From assembly GCA_964016885.1 (NCBI GenBank), contig OZ024745.1, positions 64,976,001 through 65,040,000 of the forward strand: DNA of 64,000 nt, in the 5' to 3' direction. The DNA comes from Eledone cirrhosa (lineage: Eukaryota). Below, one piece after another: positions 28,001 through 42,000 of the stretch. The translations under genes were made by a program, and so were the position numbers. The notes beneath the pieces were generated by a model, which worked only from the letters and a program-made list of their open reading frames with translations, did no database searches and was not told where the DNA came from. Every line of letters begins with the position of its first letter. Within the stretch, counting starts at the first letter, position 1.

Positions 28001-31000
28001 TTTTTATTTGGGTGATCCATTTTTATTTGGAGATCCATTTTGTATTTGGGTGATCCATTTTGTATTTGGGGGATCCATTTTTTAATTGGGTGATCCATTT
28101 TTTATTTGGGGGATCCATTTTTTATTTGGGGGATCCATTTTTTATTTGGGGGATCCATTGTTTATTTGGTTGATCCATTTTTTATTTGGGTGATCCATTT
28201 TTTATTTGGGGGATCCATTTTTTATTTGGGTGATCCATTTTTTATTTGGGTGATCCATTTTTTATTTGGGTGATCCATTTTTTATTTGTGGGAACCATTT
28301 TTTATTTGGGTGATCCATTTTTTATTTGGGGGATCCTTTTTTTATTTGGGTGATCCATTTTTTATTTGGGTGATCCATTTTTTATTTGGGGGATCCATTT
28401 TTTATTTGGGTGATCCATTTTTTATTTGGGTGATACATTTTTTATTTGGGGGATCCATTTTTTATTTGGGTGATCCATTTTTTATTTGGGGGATCCATTT
28501 TTTATTTGGGGGATCCATTTTTTATTTGGGTGATCCATTTTTTATTTGGGTGATCCATTTTTTATTTGGGGGGATCCATTTTTTATTTGGGTGATCCATT
28601 TTTTATTTGGGGGATCCATTTTTTATTTGGGTGATCCATTTTTTATTTGGGGGATCCATTTTTTATCTGGGTGATCCATTTTTTATTTGGGTGATCCATT
28701 TTTTAATTGGGTGATCCATTTTTTATTTGGGGGATCCATTTTTTATTTGGGTGATCCATTTTTTAGTTGGGTGGTCCATTTTTTATTTGGGTGATCCATT
28801 TTTTATTTGGGGGATCCATTTTTTATTTGGGTGATTCATTTTTTATTTGGGGATCCATTTTTTATTTGGGTGATCCATTTTTTATTTGGGTGATCCATTT
28901 TTTATTTGGGGGATCCATTTTTTATTTGGGTGATTCATTTTTTATTTGGGGGGTCCATTTTTTATTTGGGGGATCCATTTTTATTTGGGTGATCCATTTT
29001 ATATTTGGGGGATCCATTTTTTATTTGGGTGATCCATTTTTTATTTGGGTTGATCCCTTTTTTATTTGGGGGATCCATTTTTTATTTGGGTGATCCATTT
29101 TTTATTTGGAGGATCCACTTTTTATTTGGGTGATCCATTTTTTATTTGAGGGATCCATTTTATATTTGGGTGATCCATTTTTTATTTGGGGGATCCATTA
29201 TTTATTTGGGTGATCCATTTTTTATTTGGGTGATCCATTTTTTATTTGGGTGATCCATTTTTTATTTGGGTGATCCATTTTTTATTTGGGTGATCCATTT
29301 TTTATTTGGGGGATCCATTTTTTATTTGGGTGATCCATTTTTTATTTGGGGATCCATTTTTTATTTGGGTGATCCATTTTTTATTTGGGTGATCCATTTT
29401 TTATTTGGGGGATACATTTTTTATTTGGGTGATCCATTTTTTATTTGGAGGGGTCCATTTTTTATTTGGGGGATCCATTTTTATTTGGGTGATCCATTTT
29501 TTATTTGGGGGATCCATTTTTTATTTGGGTGATCCCTTTTTTATTTGGGGGATCCATTTTTTATTTGGGTGATCCATTTTTTATTTGGGGGATCCATTTT
29601 TTATTTGGGGGATTCATTTTTTATTTGGGTGATCCATTTTTTATTAGGGGGATCCATTTTTTATTTGGGTGATCCATTTTTATTTGGAGATCCATTTTTT
29701 ATTTAGGTGATCCATTTTATAATTGGGTGATCCATTTTTTATTTGGGGGATCCATTTTTTATTTGGGGGATCCATTATTTATTTGGGTGATCCATTTTTT
29801 ATTTGGGTGATCCATTTTTTATTTGGGTGATCCATTTTTTATTTGGGTGATCCATTTTTTATTTGGGTGATCCATTTTTTATTTGGGGGATCCATTTTTT
29901 ATTTGGGTGATCCATTTTTTATTTGGGGGATCCATTTTTTATTTGGGTGATCCATTTTTTATTTGGGGGATCCATTTTTTATTTCGGGGATCCATTTTAT
30001 ATTTGGGTGATTCATTTTTTATTTGGGGGATCCATTTTTTATTTTGGGTGATCCATTTTTTATTAGGGGGATCCATTTTTTATTTGGGTGATCCATTTTT
30101 ATTTGTAGATCCATTTTTTATTTGGGTGATCCATTTTTTAATTGGATGATCCATTTTTTATTTGGGGGATCCATTTTTTATTTGGGGGATCCATTATTTA
30201 TTTGGGTGATCCATTTTTTATTTGGGTGATCCATTTTTTATTCGGGGGATCCATTTTTTATTTGGGTGATCCATTTTTTATTTGAGTGATCCATTTTTTA
30301 ATTGGGGATCCATTTTTTATTTAGTTGATCCATTTTTTAATTGGGTGATGCATTTTTTATTTGGGGGATCCATTTTTTATTTGGGGGATCCATTCTTTAT
30401 TTGGGTGATCCATTTTTTATTTGGGTGATCCATTTTTTATTTGGGGGATCCATTTTGTATTTGGGTGATCCATTTTTTATTTGGGTGATCCATTTTTTAT
30501 TTGGGTGATCCATTTTTTATTTGTGGGATCCATTTTTTATTTGGGTGATCCATTTTTTATTTGGGGGATCCTTTTTTTATTTGGGTGATCCATTTTTTAT
30601 TTGGGTGATCCATTTTTTATTTGGGGGATCCATTTTTTATTTGGGTGATCCATTTTTTATTTGGGTGATCCATTTTTTATTTGGGGGATCCATTTTTTAT
30701 TTGGGTGATCCATTTTTTATTTGGGGGATCCATTTTTTATTTGGGGGATCCATTTTTTATTTGGGTGATCCATTTTTTATATGGGTGATCCATTTTTTAT
30801 TTGGGGGGATCCATTTTTAATTTGGGTGATCCATTTTTTATTTGGGGGATCCATTTTTTATTTGGGTGATCCATTTTTTATTTGGGGGATCCATTTTTTA
30901 TTTGGGTGATCCATTTTTTATTTGGGTGATCCATTTTTTAATTGGGTGATCCATTTTTTATTTGGGGGATCCATTTTTTATTTGGGTGATCCATTTTTTA

Positions 31001-32359
31001 GTTGGGTGGTCCATTTTTTATTTGGGTGATCCATTTTTTATTTGGGGGATCCATTTTTTATTTGGGTGATCCATTTTTTATTTGGGGATCCATTTTTTAT
31101 TTGGGTGATCCATTTTTTATTTGGGTGATCCATTTTTTATTTGGGGGGATCCATTTTTTATTTGGGTGATCCATTTTTTATTTGGGGGATCCATTTTTTA
31201 TTTGGGTGATCCATTGTTTATTTGGGGGATCCATTTTTTATTTGGGTGATCCATTTTTTATTTGGGTGATCCATTTTTTAATTGGGTGATCCATTTTTTA
31301 TTTGGGGGATCCATTTTTTATTTGGGTGATCCATTTTTTAGTTGGGTGGTCCATTTTTTATTTGGGTGATCCATTTTTTATTTGGGGGATCCATTTTTTA
31401 TTTGGGTGATCCATTTTTTATTTGGGGATCCATTTTTTATTTGGGTGATCCATTTTTTATTTGGGGGATCCATTTTTTATTTGGAGGATCCACTTTTTAT
31501 TTGGGTGATCCATTTTTTATTTGAGGGATCCATTTTATATTTGGGTGATCCATTTTTTATTTGGGGGATCCATTATTTATTTGGGTGATCCATTTTTTAT
31601 TTGGGTGATCCATTTTTTATTTGGGTGATCCATTTTTTATTTGGGTGATCCATTTTTTATTTGGGTGATCCATTTTTTATTTGGGGGATCCATTTTTTAT
31701 TTGGGTGATCCATTTTTTATTTGGGGATCCATTTTTTATTTGGGTGATCCATTTTTTATTTGGGTGATCCATTTTTTATTTGGGGGATACATTTTTTATT
31801 TGGGTGATCCATTTTTTATTTGGGGGGGTCCATTTTTTATTTGGGGGATCCATTTTTATTTGGGTGATCCATTTTTTATTTGGGGGATCCATTTTTTATT
31901 TGGGTGATCCCTTTTTTATTTGGGGGATCCATTTTTTATTTGGGTGATCCATTTTTTATATGGGGGATCCATTTTTTATTTGGGGGATTCATTTTTTATT
32001 TGGGTGATCCATTTTTTATTAGGGGGATCCATTTTTTATTTGGGTGATCCATTTTTATTTGGAGATCCATTTTTTATTTAGGTGATCCATTTTATAATTG
32101 GGTGATCCATTTTTTATTTGGGGGATCCATTTTTTATTTGGGGGATCCATTATTTATTTGGGTGATCCATTTTTTATTTGGGTGATCCATTTTTTATTTG
32201 GGTGATCCATTTTTTATTTGGGTGATCCATTTTTTATTTGGGTGATCCATTTTTTATTTGGGGGATCCATTTTTTATTTGGGTGATCCATTTTTTATTTG
32301 GGGGATCCATTTTTTATTTGGGTGATCCATTTTTTATTTGGGGGATCCATTTTTTATTT
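22564..32359. repeat. Higher-order tandem duplication, period 4890 bp (2 copies), overlapping the 3270-bp duplication
   Basis: Identical ORF pairs 22918/27808, 23396/28286, 23877/28767, 24376/29266, 24993/29883, 25631/30521, 26452/31342 and 26751/31641. Shared private variants GAGTGAT (~25394/30284) and CATTCTTT (25501/30391). Confidence 0.93.
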
Positions 32360-33099
32360 CGGGGATCCATTTTTTATTTGGGTGATTCATTTTTTATTTG
32401 GGGGATCCATTTTTTATTTTGGGTGATCCATTTTTTATTAGGGGGATCCATTTTTTATTTGGGTGATCCATTTTTATTTGTAGATCCATTTTTTATTTGG
32501 GTGATCCATTTTTTAATTGGATGATCCATTTTTTATTTGGGGGATCCATTTTTTATTTGGGGGATCCATTATTTATTTGGGTGATCCATTTTTTATTTGG
32601 GTGATCCATTTTTTATTCGGGGGATCCATTTTTTATTTGGGTGATCCATTTTTTATTTGGGTGATCCATTTTTTAATTGGGGATCCATTTTTTATTTAGT
32701 TGATCCATTTTTTAATTGGGTGATGCATTTTTTATTTGGGGGATCCATTTTTTATTTGGGGGATCCATTTTTTATTTGGGGGATCCATTGTTTATTTGGG
32801 TGATCCATTTTTTATTTGTGTGATCCATTTTTTATTTGGGGGATCCATTTTGTATTTGGGTGATCCATTTTTTATTTGGGTGATCCATTTTTTATTTGGG
32901 TGATCCATTTTTTATTTGTGGGATCCATTTTTTATTTGGGTGATCCATTTTTTATTTGGGGGATCCTTTTTTTATTTGGGTGATCCATTTTTTATTTGGG
33001 TGATCCATTTTTTATTTGGGGGATCCATTTTTCATTTGGGTGATCCATTTTTTATTTGGGTGATCCATTTTTTATTTGGGGGATCCATTTTTTATTTGG

Positions 33100-36000
33100 G
33101 TGATCCATTTTTTATTTGGGGATCCATTTTTTATTTGGGTGATCCATTTTTTATTTGGGTGATCCATTTTTTATTTGGGGGATCCATTTTTTATTTGGGT
33201 GATTCATTTTTTATTTGGGGGGTCCATTTTTTATTTGGGGGATCCATTTTTATTTGGGTGATCCATTTTTTATTTGGGGGATCCATTTTTTATTTGGGTG
33301 ATCCATTTTTTATTTGGGTTGATCCCTTTTTTATTTGGGGGATCCATTTTTTATTTGGGTGATCCATTTTTTATTTGGGTGATCCATTTTTTATTTGAGG
33401 GATGCATTTTATATTTGGGTGATCCATTTTTTATTTGGGGGATCCATTATTTATTTGGGTGATCCATTTTTTATTTGGGTGATCCATTTTTTATTTGGGG
33501 GATCCATTTTTTATTTGGGTGATCCATTTTTTATTTGGGTGATCCATTTTTTATTTGGGGGATCCATTTTTTATTTGGGGGATCCATTTTTTATTTGGGT
33601 GATCCATTTTTATTTGGAGATCCATTTTGTATTTGGGTGATCCATTTTTAATTTGGGTGATCCATTTTTTATTTGGGGGATCCATTTTTTATTTGGGTGA
33701 TCCATTTTTTATTTGGGTGATCCATTTTTTATTTGGGGATCCATTTTTTATTTGGGTGATCCATTTTTTATTTGGGTGATCCATTTTTTATTTGGGGGAT
33801 ACATTTTTTATTTGGGTGCTCCATTTTTTATTTGGGGGGTCCATTTTTTATTTGGGGGATCCATTTTTATTTGGGTGATCCATTTTTTATTTGGGGGATC
33901 CATTTTTTATTTGGGTGATCCCTTTTTTATTTGGGGGATCCATTTTTTATTTGGGTGATCCATTTTTTATTTGGGGGATCCATTTTTTATTTGGGGGATT
34001 CATTTTTTATTTGGGTGATCCATTTTTTATTAGGGGGATCCATTTTTTATTTGGGTGATCCATTTTTATTTGGAGATCCATTTTTTATTTAGGTGATCCA
34101 TTTTATAATTGGGTGATCCATTTTTTATTTGGGGGATCCATTTTTTATTTGGAGGATCCATTATTTATTTGGGTGATCCATTTTTTATTTGGGTGATCCA
34201 TTTTTTATTTGGGTGATCCATTTTTTATTTGGGTTGATCCCTTTTTTATTTGGGGGATCCATTTTTTATTTGGGTGATCCATTTTTTATTTTGGGGATTC
34301 ATTTTTTATTTGGGTGATCCATTTTTTATTTGGGTGATCCATTTTTTATTTGGGTGATCCATTTTTTATTTGGGTGATCCATTTTTTATTTGAGGGACCC
34401 ATTTTATATTTGGGTGATCCATTTTTTATTTGGGTGATCCATTTTTTATTTGGGGGATCCATTTTTTATTTGGGGGATCCATTTTTTATTTGGGTGATTC
34501 ATTTTTTATTTGGGGGATCCATTTTTTATTTGGGTGATCCATTTTTTTTATTTGGGGGTCCATTTTTTATTTGGGTGATCCATTTTTTATTTGGGTGATC
34601 CATTTTTTAATTGGGTGATCCATTTTTATTTGGGTGATCCATTTTTTACTTGGGGGATCCATTTTTTATTTGGGTGATCCATTTTTTATTTTGCTGATTC
34701 ATTTTTTATTTGGGTGATCCATTTTTTATTTGGGGGATCCATTTTTTATTTGGGTGAACCATTTTTTATTTGGGGGGATCCATTTTTTATTTGGGTGATC
34801 CATTTTTTATTTGGGTGATCCATTTTTTATTTGGGGGATCCATTTTTTATTTGGGTGATCCATTTTTTATTTGGGGATCCATTTTTTATTTGGGGATTCA
34901 TTTTTTATTTGGGTGATCCATTTTTTATTAGGGGGATCCATTTTTTATTTGGGTGATCCATTTTTATTTGGAGATCCATTTTTTATTTAGGTGATCCATT
35001 TTATAATTGGGTGATCCATTTTTTATTTGGGTGATCCATTTTTTATTTGGGGATCCATTTTTTATTTGGGGGATTCATTTTTTATTTGGGTGATCCATTT
35101 TTTATTAGGGGGATCCATTTTTTATTTGGGTGATCCATTTTTATTTGGAGATCCATTTTTTATTTAGGTGATCCATTTTATAATTGGGTGATCCATTTTT
35201 TATTTGGGGGATCCATTTTTTATTTGGAGGATCCATTATTTATTTGGGTGATCCATTTTTTATTTGGGTGATCCATTTTTTATTTGGGTGATCCATTTTT
35301 TATTTGGGTTGATCCCTTTTTTATTTGGGGGATCCATTTTTTATTTGGGTGATCCATTTTTTATTTTGGGGATCCATTTTTTATTTGGGTGATCCATTTT
35401 TTATTTGGGTGATCCATTTTTTATTTGGGGGATCCATTTTTTATTTGGGTGATCCATTTTTTATTTGGGTGATCCATTTTTTATTTGAGGGACCCATTTT
35501 ATATTTGGGTGATCCATTTTTTATTTGGGTGATCCATTTTTTATTTGGGAGATCCATTTTTTATTTGGGGGATCCATTTTTTATTTGGGGGATCCATTTT
35601 TTATTTGGGGGATCCATTTTTTATTTCGGGGATCCATTTTTTATTTGGGTGATTCATTTTTTATTTGGGGGATCCATTTTTTATTTGGGTGATCCATTTT
35701 TTTTATTTGGGGGTCCATTTTTTATTTGGGTGATCCATTTTTTATTTGGGTGATCCATTTTTTAATTGGGTGATCCATTTTTATTTGGGTGATCCATTTT
35801 TTACTTGGGGGATCCATTTTTTATTTGGGTGATCCATTTTTTATTTTGCTGATTCATTTTTTATTTGGGTGATCCATTTTTTATTTGGGGGATCCATTTT
35901 TTATTTGGGTGAACCATTTTTTATTTGGGGGATCCATTTTTTATTTGGGTGATCCATTTTTTATTTGGGTGATCCATTTTTTATTTGGGGGATCCATTTT

Positions 36001-39000
36001 TTATTTGGGTGATCCATTTTTTATTTGGGTGATCCATTTTTTATTTGGGGGATCCATTTTTTATTTGGGGGATCCATTTTTTATTTGGGTGATCCATTTT
36101 TATTTGGAGATCCATTTTGTATTTGGGTGATCCATTTTGTATTTGGGGGATCCATTTTTTAATTGGGTGATCCATTTTTTATTTGGGGGATCCATTTTTT
36201 ATTTGGGAGATCCATTTTTTATTTGGGGGATCCATTGTTTATTTGGGTGATCCATTTTTTATTTGGGTGATCCATTTTTTATTTGGGGGATCCATTTTTT
36301 ATTTGGGTGATCCATTTTTTATTTGGGTGATCCATTTTTTATTTGGGTGATCCATTTTTTATTTGTGGGATCCATTTTTTATTTGGGTGATCCATTTTTT
36401 ATTTGGGGGATCCTTTTTTTATTTGGGTGATCCATTTTTTATTTGGGTGATCCATTTTTTATTTGGGGGATCCATTTTTTATTTGGGTGATCCATTTTTT
36501 ATTTGGGTGATCCATTTTTTATTTGGGTGATCCATTTTTTATTTGGGGGATCCATTTTTTATTTGGGTGATCCATTTTTTATTTGGGGGATCCTTTTTTT
36601 ATTTGGGTGATCCATTTTTTATTTGGGTGATCCATTTTTTATTTGGGGGATCCATTTTTTATTTGGGGGATCCATTTTTTATTTGGGTGATCCATTTTTT
36701 ATTTGGGTGATCCATTTTTTAATTGGGTGATCAATTTTTTATTTGGGGGATCCATTTTTTATTTGGGTGATCCATTTTTTAGTTGGGTGGTCCATTTTTT
36801 ATTTGGGTGATCCATTCTTTATTTGGGGGATCCATTTTTTATTTGGGTGATCCATTTTTTATTTGGGGATCCATTTTTTATTTGGGTGATCCATTTTTTA
36901 TTTGGGTGATCCATTTTTTATTTGGGGGATCCATTTTTTATTTGGGTGATTCATTTTTTATTTGGGGGGTCCATTTTTTATTTGGGGGATCCATTTTTAT
37001 TTGGGTGATCCATTTTTTATTTAGGGGATCCATTTTTTATTTGGGTGATCCATTTTTTATTTGGGTTGATCCCTTTTTTATTTGGGGGATCCATTTTTTA
37101 TTTGGGTGATCCATTTTTTATTTGGAGGATCCACTTTTTATTTGGGTGATCCATTTTTTATTTGAGGGATCCATTTTATATTTGGGTGATCCATTTTTTA
37201 TTTGGGGGATCCATTATTTATTTGGGTGATCCATTTTTTATTTGGGTGATCCATTTTTTATTTGGGTGATCCATTTTTTATTTGGGTGATCCATTTTTTA
37301 TTTGGGGGATCCATTTTTTATTTGGGTGATCCATTTTTTATTTGGGTGATCCATTTTTTATTTGGGGGATCCATTTTTTATTTGGGTGATCCATTTTTTA
37401 TTTGGGGGATCCATTTTTTATTTGGGGGATCCATTTTTTATTTGGGTGATCCATTTTTTATATGGGTGATCCATTTTTTATTTGGGGGGATCCATTTTTG
37501 ATTTGGGTGATCCATTTTTTATTTGGGGGATCCATTTTTTATTTGGGTGATCCATTTTTTATTTGGGGGATCCATTTTTTATTTGGGTGATCCATTTTTT
37601 ATTTGGGTGATCAATTTTTTAATTGGGTGATCCATTTTTTATTTGGGGGATCCATTTTTTATTTGGGTGATCCATTTTTTATTTGGGGATCCATTTTTTA
37701 TTTGGGTGATCCATTTTTTATTTGGGTGATCCATTTTTTATTTGGGTGATCCATTTTTTATTTGGGTGATCCATTTTTTATTTGGGGGATCCATTTTTTA
37801 TTTGGGTGATCCATTTTTTATTTGGGGATCCATTTTTTATTTGGGTGATCCATTTTTTATTTGGGTGATCCATTTTTTATTTGGGGGATCCATTTTTTAT
37901 TTGGGTGATCCATTTTTTATTTGGGGATCCATTTTTTGTTTGGGTGATCCATTTTTTATTTGGGTGATCCATTTTTTATTTGGGGGATCCATTTTTTATT
38001 TGGGTGATCCATTTTTTATTTGGGGGTCCATTTTTTATTTGGGGGATCCATTTTTATTTGGGTGATCCATTTTTTATTTGGGGGATCCATTTTTTATTTG
38101 GGTGATCCATTTTTTATTTGGGTTGATCCCTTTTTTATTTGGGGGATCCATTTTTTATTTGGGTGATCCATTTTTTATTTGGGGGATCCATTTTTTATTT
38201 GGGGGATCCATTTTTTATTTGGTTGATCCATTTTTTATTAGGGGGATCCATTTTTTATTTGGGTGATCCATTTTAATTTGGAGATCCATTTTTTGTTTAG
38301 GTGATCCATTTTATAATTGGGTGATCCATTTTTTATTTGGGGGATCCATTTTTTATTTGGGCGATCCATTTTTTATTTGGGTGATCCATTTTTTATTTTG
38401 CTGATTCATTATTTATTTGGGTCTTCCATTTTTTATTTGGGGGATCCATTTTTTATTTGCGTGAACCATTTTTTATTTGGGAGATCCATTTTTTATTTGG
38501 GTGATCCATTTTTTATTTGGGTGATCCATTTTTTATTTGGGGGATCCATTTTTTATTTGGGTGATCCATTTTTTATTTGGGTGATCCATTTTTTATTTGG
38601 GGGATCCATTTTTTATTTGGGGGATCCATTTTTTATTTGGGTGATCCATTTTTATTTGGAGATCCATTTTGTATTTGGGTGATCCATTTTTTAATTGGGT
38701 GATCCATTTTTTATTTGGGTGATCCATTTTTTATTTGGGGGATCCATTTTTTATTTGGGTGATCCATTTTTTATTTGGGTGGTCCATTTTTTATTTGGGT
38801 GATTCATTTTTTATTTGGGGGATCCATTTTTTATTTGGGTGATCCATTTTTTATTTGGGGATCCATTTTTTATTTGGGTGATCCATTTTTTATTTGGGTG
38901 ATCCATTTTTTATTTTGCTGATTCATTTTTTATTTGGGTGATCCATTTTTTATTTGGGGGATCCATTTTTTATTTGGGTGAACCATTTTTTATTTGGGGG

Positions 39001-42000
39001 ATCCATTTTTTATTTGGGTGATCCATTTTTTATTTGGGTGATCCATTTTTTATTTGGGGGATCCATTTTTTATTTGGGTGATCCATTTTTTATTTGGGTG
39101 ATCCATTTTTTATTTGGGGGATCCATTTTTTATTTGGGGGATCCATTTTTTATTTGGGTGATCCATTTTTATTTGGAGATCCATTTTGTATTTGGGTGAT
39201 CCATTTTGTATTTGGGGGATCCATTTTTTAATTGGGTGATCCATTTTTTATTTGGGGGATCCATTTTTTATTTGGGAGATCCATTTTTTATCTGGGGGAT
39301 CCATTGTTTATTTGGGTGATCCATTTTTTATTTGGGTGATCCATTTTTTATTTGGGGGATCCATTTTTTATTTGGGTGATCCATTTTTTATTTGGGTGAT
39401 CCATTTTTCATTTGGGTGATCCATTTTTTATTTGTGGGATCCATTTTTTATTTGGGTGATCCATTTTTTATTTGGGGGATCCTTTTTTTATTTGGGTGAT
39501 CCATTTTTTATTTGGATGATCCATTTTTTATTTGGGGGATCCATTTTTTATTTGGGTGATCCATTTTTTATTTGGGTGATACATTTTTTATTTGGGGGAT
39601 CCATTTTTTATTTGGGTGATCCATTTTTTATTTGGGGGATCCATTTTTTATTTGGGTGATCCATTTTTTATTTGTGTGATCCATTTTTTATTTGGGGGAT
39701 CCATTTTGTATTTGGGTGATCCATTTTTTATTTGGGTGATCCATTTTTTATTTGGGTGATCCATTTTTTATTTGTGGGATCCATTTTTTATTTGGGTGAT
39801 CCATTTTTTATTTGGGGGATCCTTTTTTTATTTGGGTGATCCATTTTTTATTTGGGTGATCCATTTTTTATTTGGGGGATCCATTTTTTATTTGGGTGAT
39901 CCATTTTTTATTTGGGTGATCCATTTTTTATTTGGGGGATCCATTTTTTATTTGGGTGATCCATTTTTTATTTGGGGGATCCATTTTTTATTTGGGGGAT
40001 CCATTTTTTATTTGGGTGATCCATTTTTTATATGGGTGATCCATTTTTTATTTGGGGGGATCCATTTTTAATTTGGGTGATCCATTTTTTATTTGGGGGA
40101 TCCATTTTTTATTTGGGTGATCCATTTTTTATTTGGGGGATCCATTTTTTATTTGGGTGATCCATTTTTTATTTGGGTGATCCATTTTTTAATTGGGTGA
40201 TCCATTTTTTATTTGGGGGATCCATTTTTTATTTGGGTGATCCATTTTTTAGTTGGGTGGTCCATTTTTTATTTGGGTGATCCATTTTTTATTTGGGGGA
40301 TCCATTTTTTTATTTGGGTGATCCATTTTTTATTTGGGGATCCATTTTTTATTTGGGTGATCCATTTTTTATTTGGGTGATCCATTTTTTATTTGGGGGA
40401 TCCATTTTTTATTTGGGTGATTCATTTTTTATTTGGGGGGTCCATTTTTTATTTGGGGGATCCATTTTTATTTGGGTGATCCATTTTTTATTTGGGGGAT
40501 CCATTTTTTATTTGGGTGATCCATTTTTTATTTGGGTTGATCCCTTTTTTATTTGGGGGATCCATTTTTTATTTGGGTGATCCATTTTTTATTTGGGTGA
40601 TCCATTTTTTATTTGAGGGATCCATTTTATATTTGGGTGATCCATTTTTTATTTGGGGGATCCATTATTTATTTGGGTGATCCATTTTTTATTTGGGTGA
40701 TCCATTTTTTATTTGGGGGATCCATTTTTTATTTGGGTGATCCATTTTTTATTTGGGTGATCCATTTTTTATTTGGGGGATCCATTTTTTATTTGGGGGA
40801 TCCATTTTTTATTTGGGTGATCCATTTTTATTTGGAGATCCATTTTGTATTTGGGTGATCCATTTTTAATTTGGGTGATCCATTTTTTATTTGGGGGATC
40901 CATTTTTTATTTGGGTGATCCATTTTTTATTTGGGTGATCCATTTTTTATTTGGGGATCCATTTTTTATTTGGGTGATCCATTTTTTATTTGGGTGATCC
41001 ATTTTTTATTTGGGGGATACATTTTTTATTTGGGTGCTCCATTTTTTATTTCGGGGGTCCATTTTTTATTTGGGGGATCCATTTTTATTTGGGTGATCCA
41101 TTTTTTATTTGGGGGATCCATTTTTTATTTGGGTGATCCCTTTTTTATTTGGGGGATCCATTTTTTATTTGGGTGATCCATTTTTTATTTGGGGGATCCA
41201 TTTTTTATTTGGGGGATTCATTTTTTATTTGGGTGATCCATTTTTTATTAGGGGGATCCATTTTTTATTTGGGTGATCCATTTTTATTTGGAGATCCATT
41301 TTTTATTTAGGTGATCCATTTTATAATTGGGTGATCCATTTTTTATTTGGGGGATCCATTTTTTATTTGGAGGATCCATTATTTATTTGGGTGATCCATT
41401 TTTTATTTGGGTGATCCATTTTTTATTTGGGTGATCCATTTTTTATTTGGGTTGATCCCTTTTTTATTTGGGGGATCCATTTTTTATTTGGGTGATCCAT
41501 TTTTTATTTTGGGGATTCATTTTTTATTTGGGTGATCCATTTTTTATTTGGGTGATCCATTTTTTATTTGGGTGATCCATTTTTTATTTGGGTGATCCAT
41601 TTTTTATTTGAGGGACCCATTTTATATTTGGGTGATCCATTTTTTATTTGGGTGATCCATTTTTTATTTGGGGGATCCATTTTTTATTTGGGGGATCCAT
41701 TTTTTATTTGGGGGATCCATTTTTTATTTGGGGGATCCATTTTTTATTTCGGGGATCCATTTTTTATTTGGGTGATTCATTTTTTATTTGGGGGATCCAT
41801 TTTTTATTTGGGTGATCCATTTTTTTTATTTGGGGGGTCCATTTTTTATTTGGGTGATCCATTTTTTATTTGGGTGATCCATTTTTTAATTGGGTGATCC
41901 ATTTTTATTTGGGTGATCCATTTTTTACTTGGGGGATCCATTTTTTATTTGGGTGATCCATTTTTTATTTTGCTGATTCATTTTTTATTTGGGTGATCCA

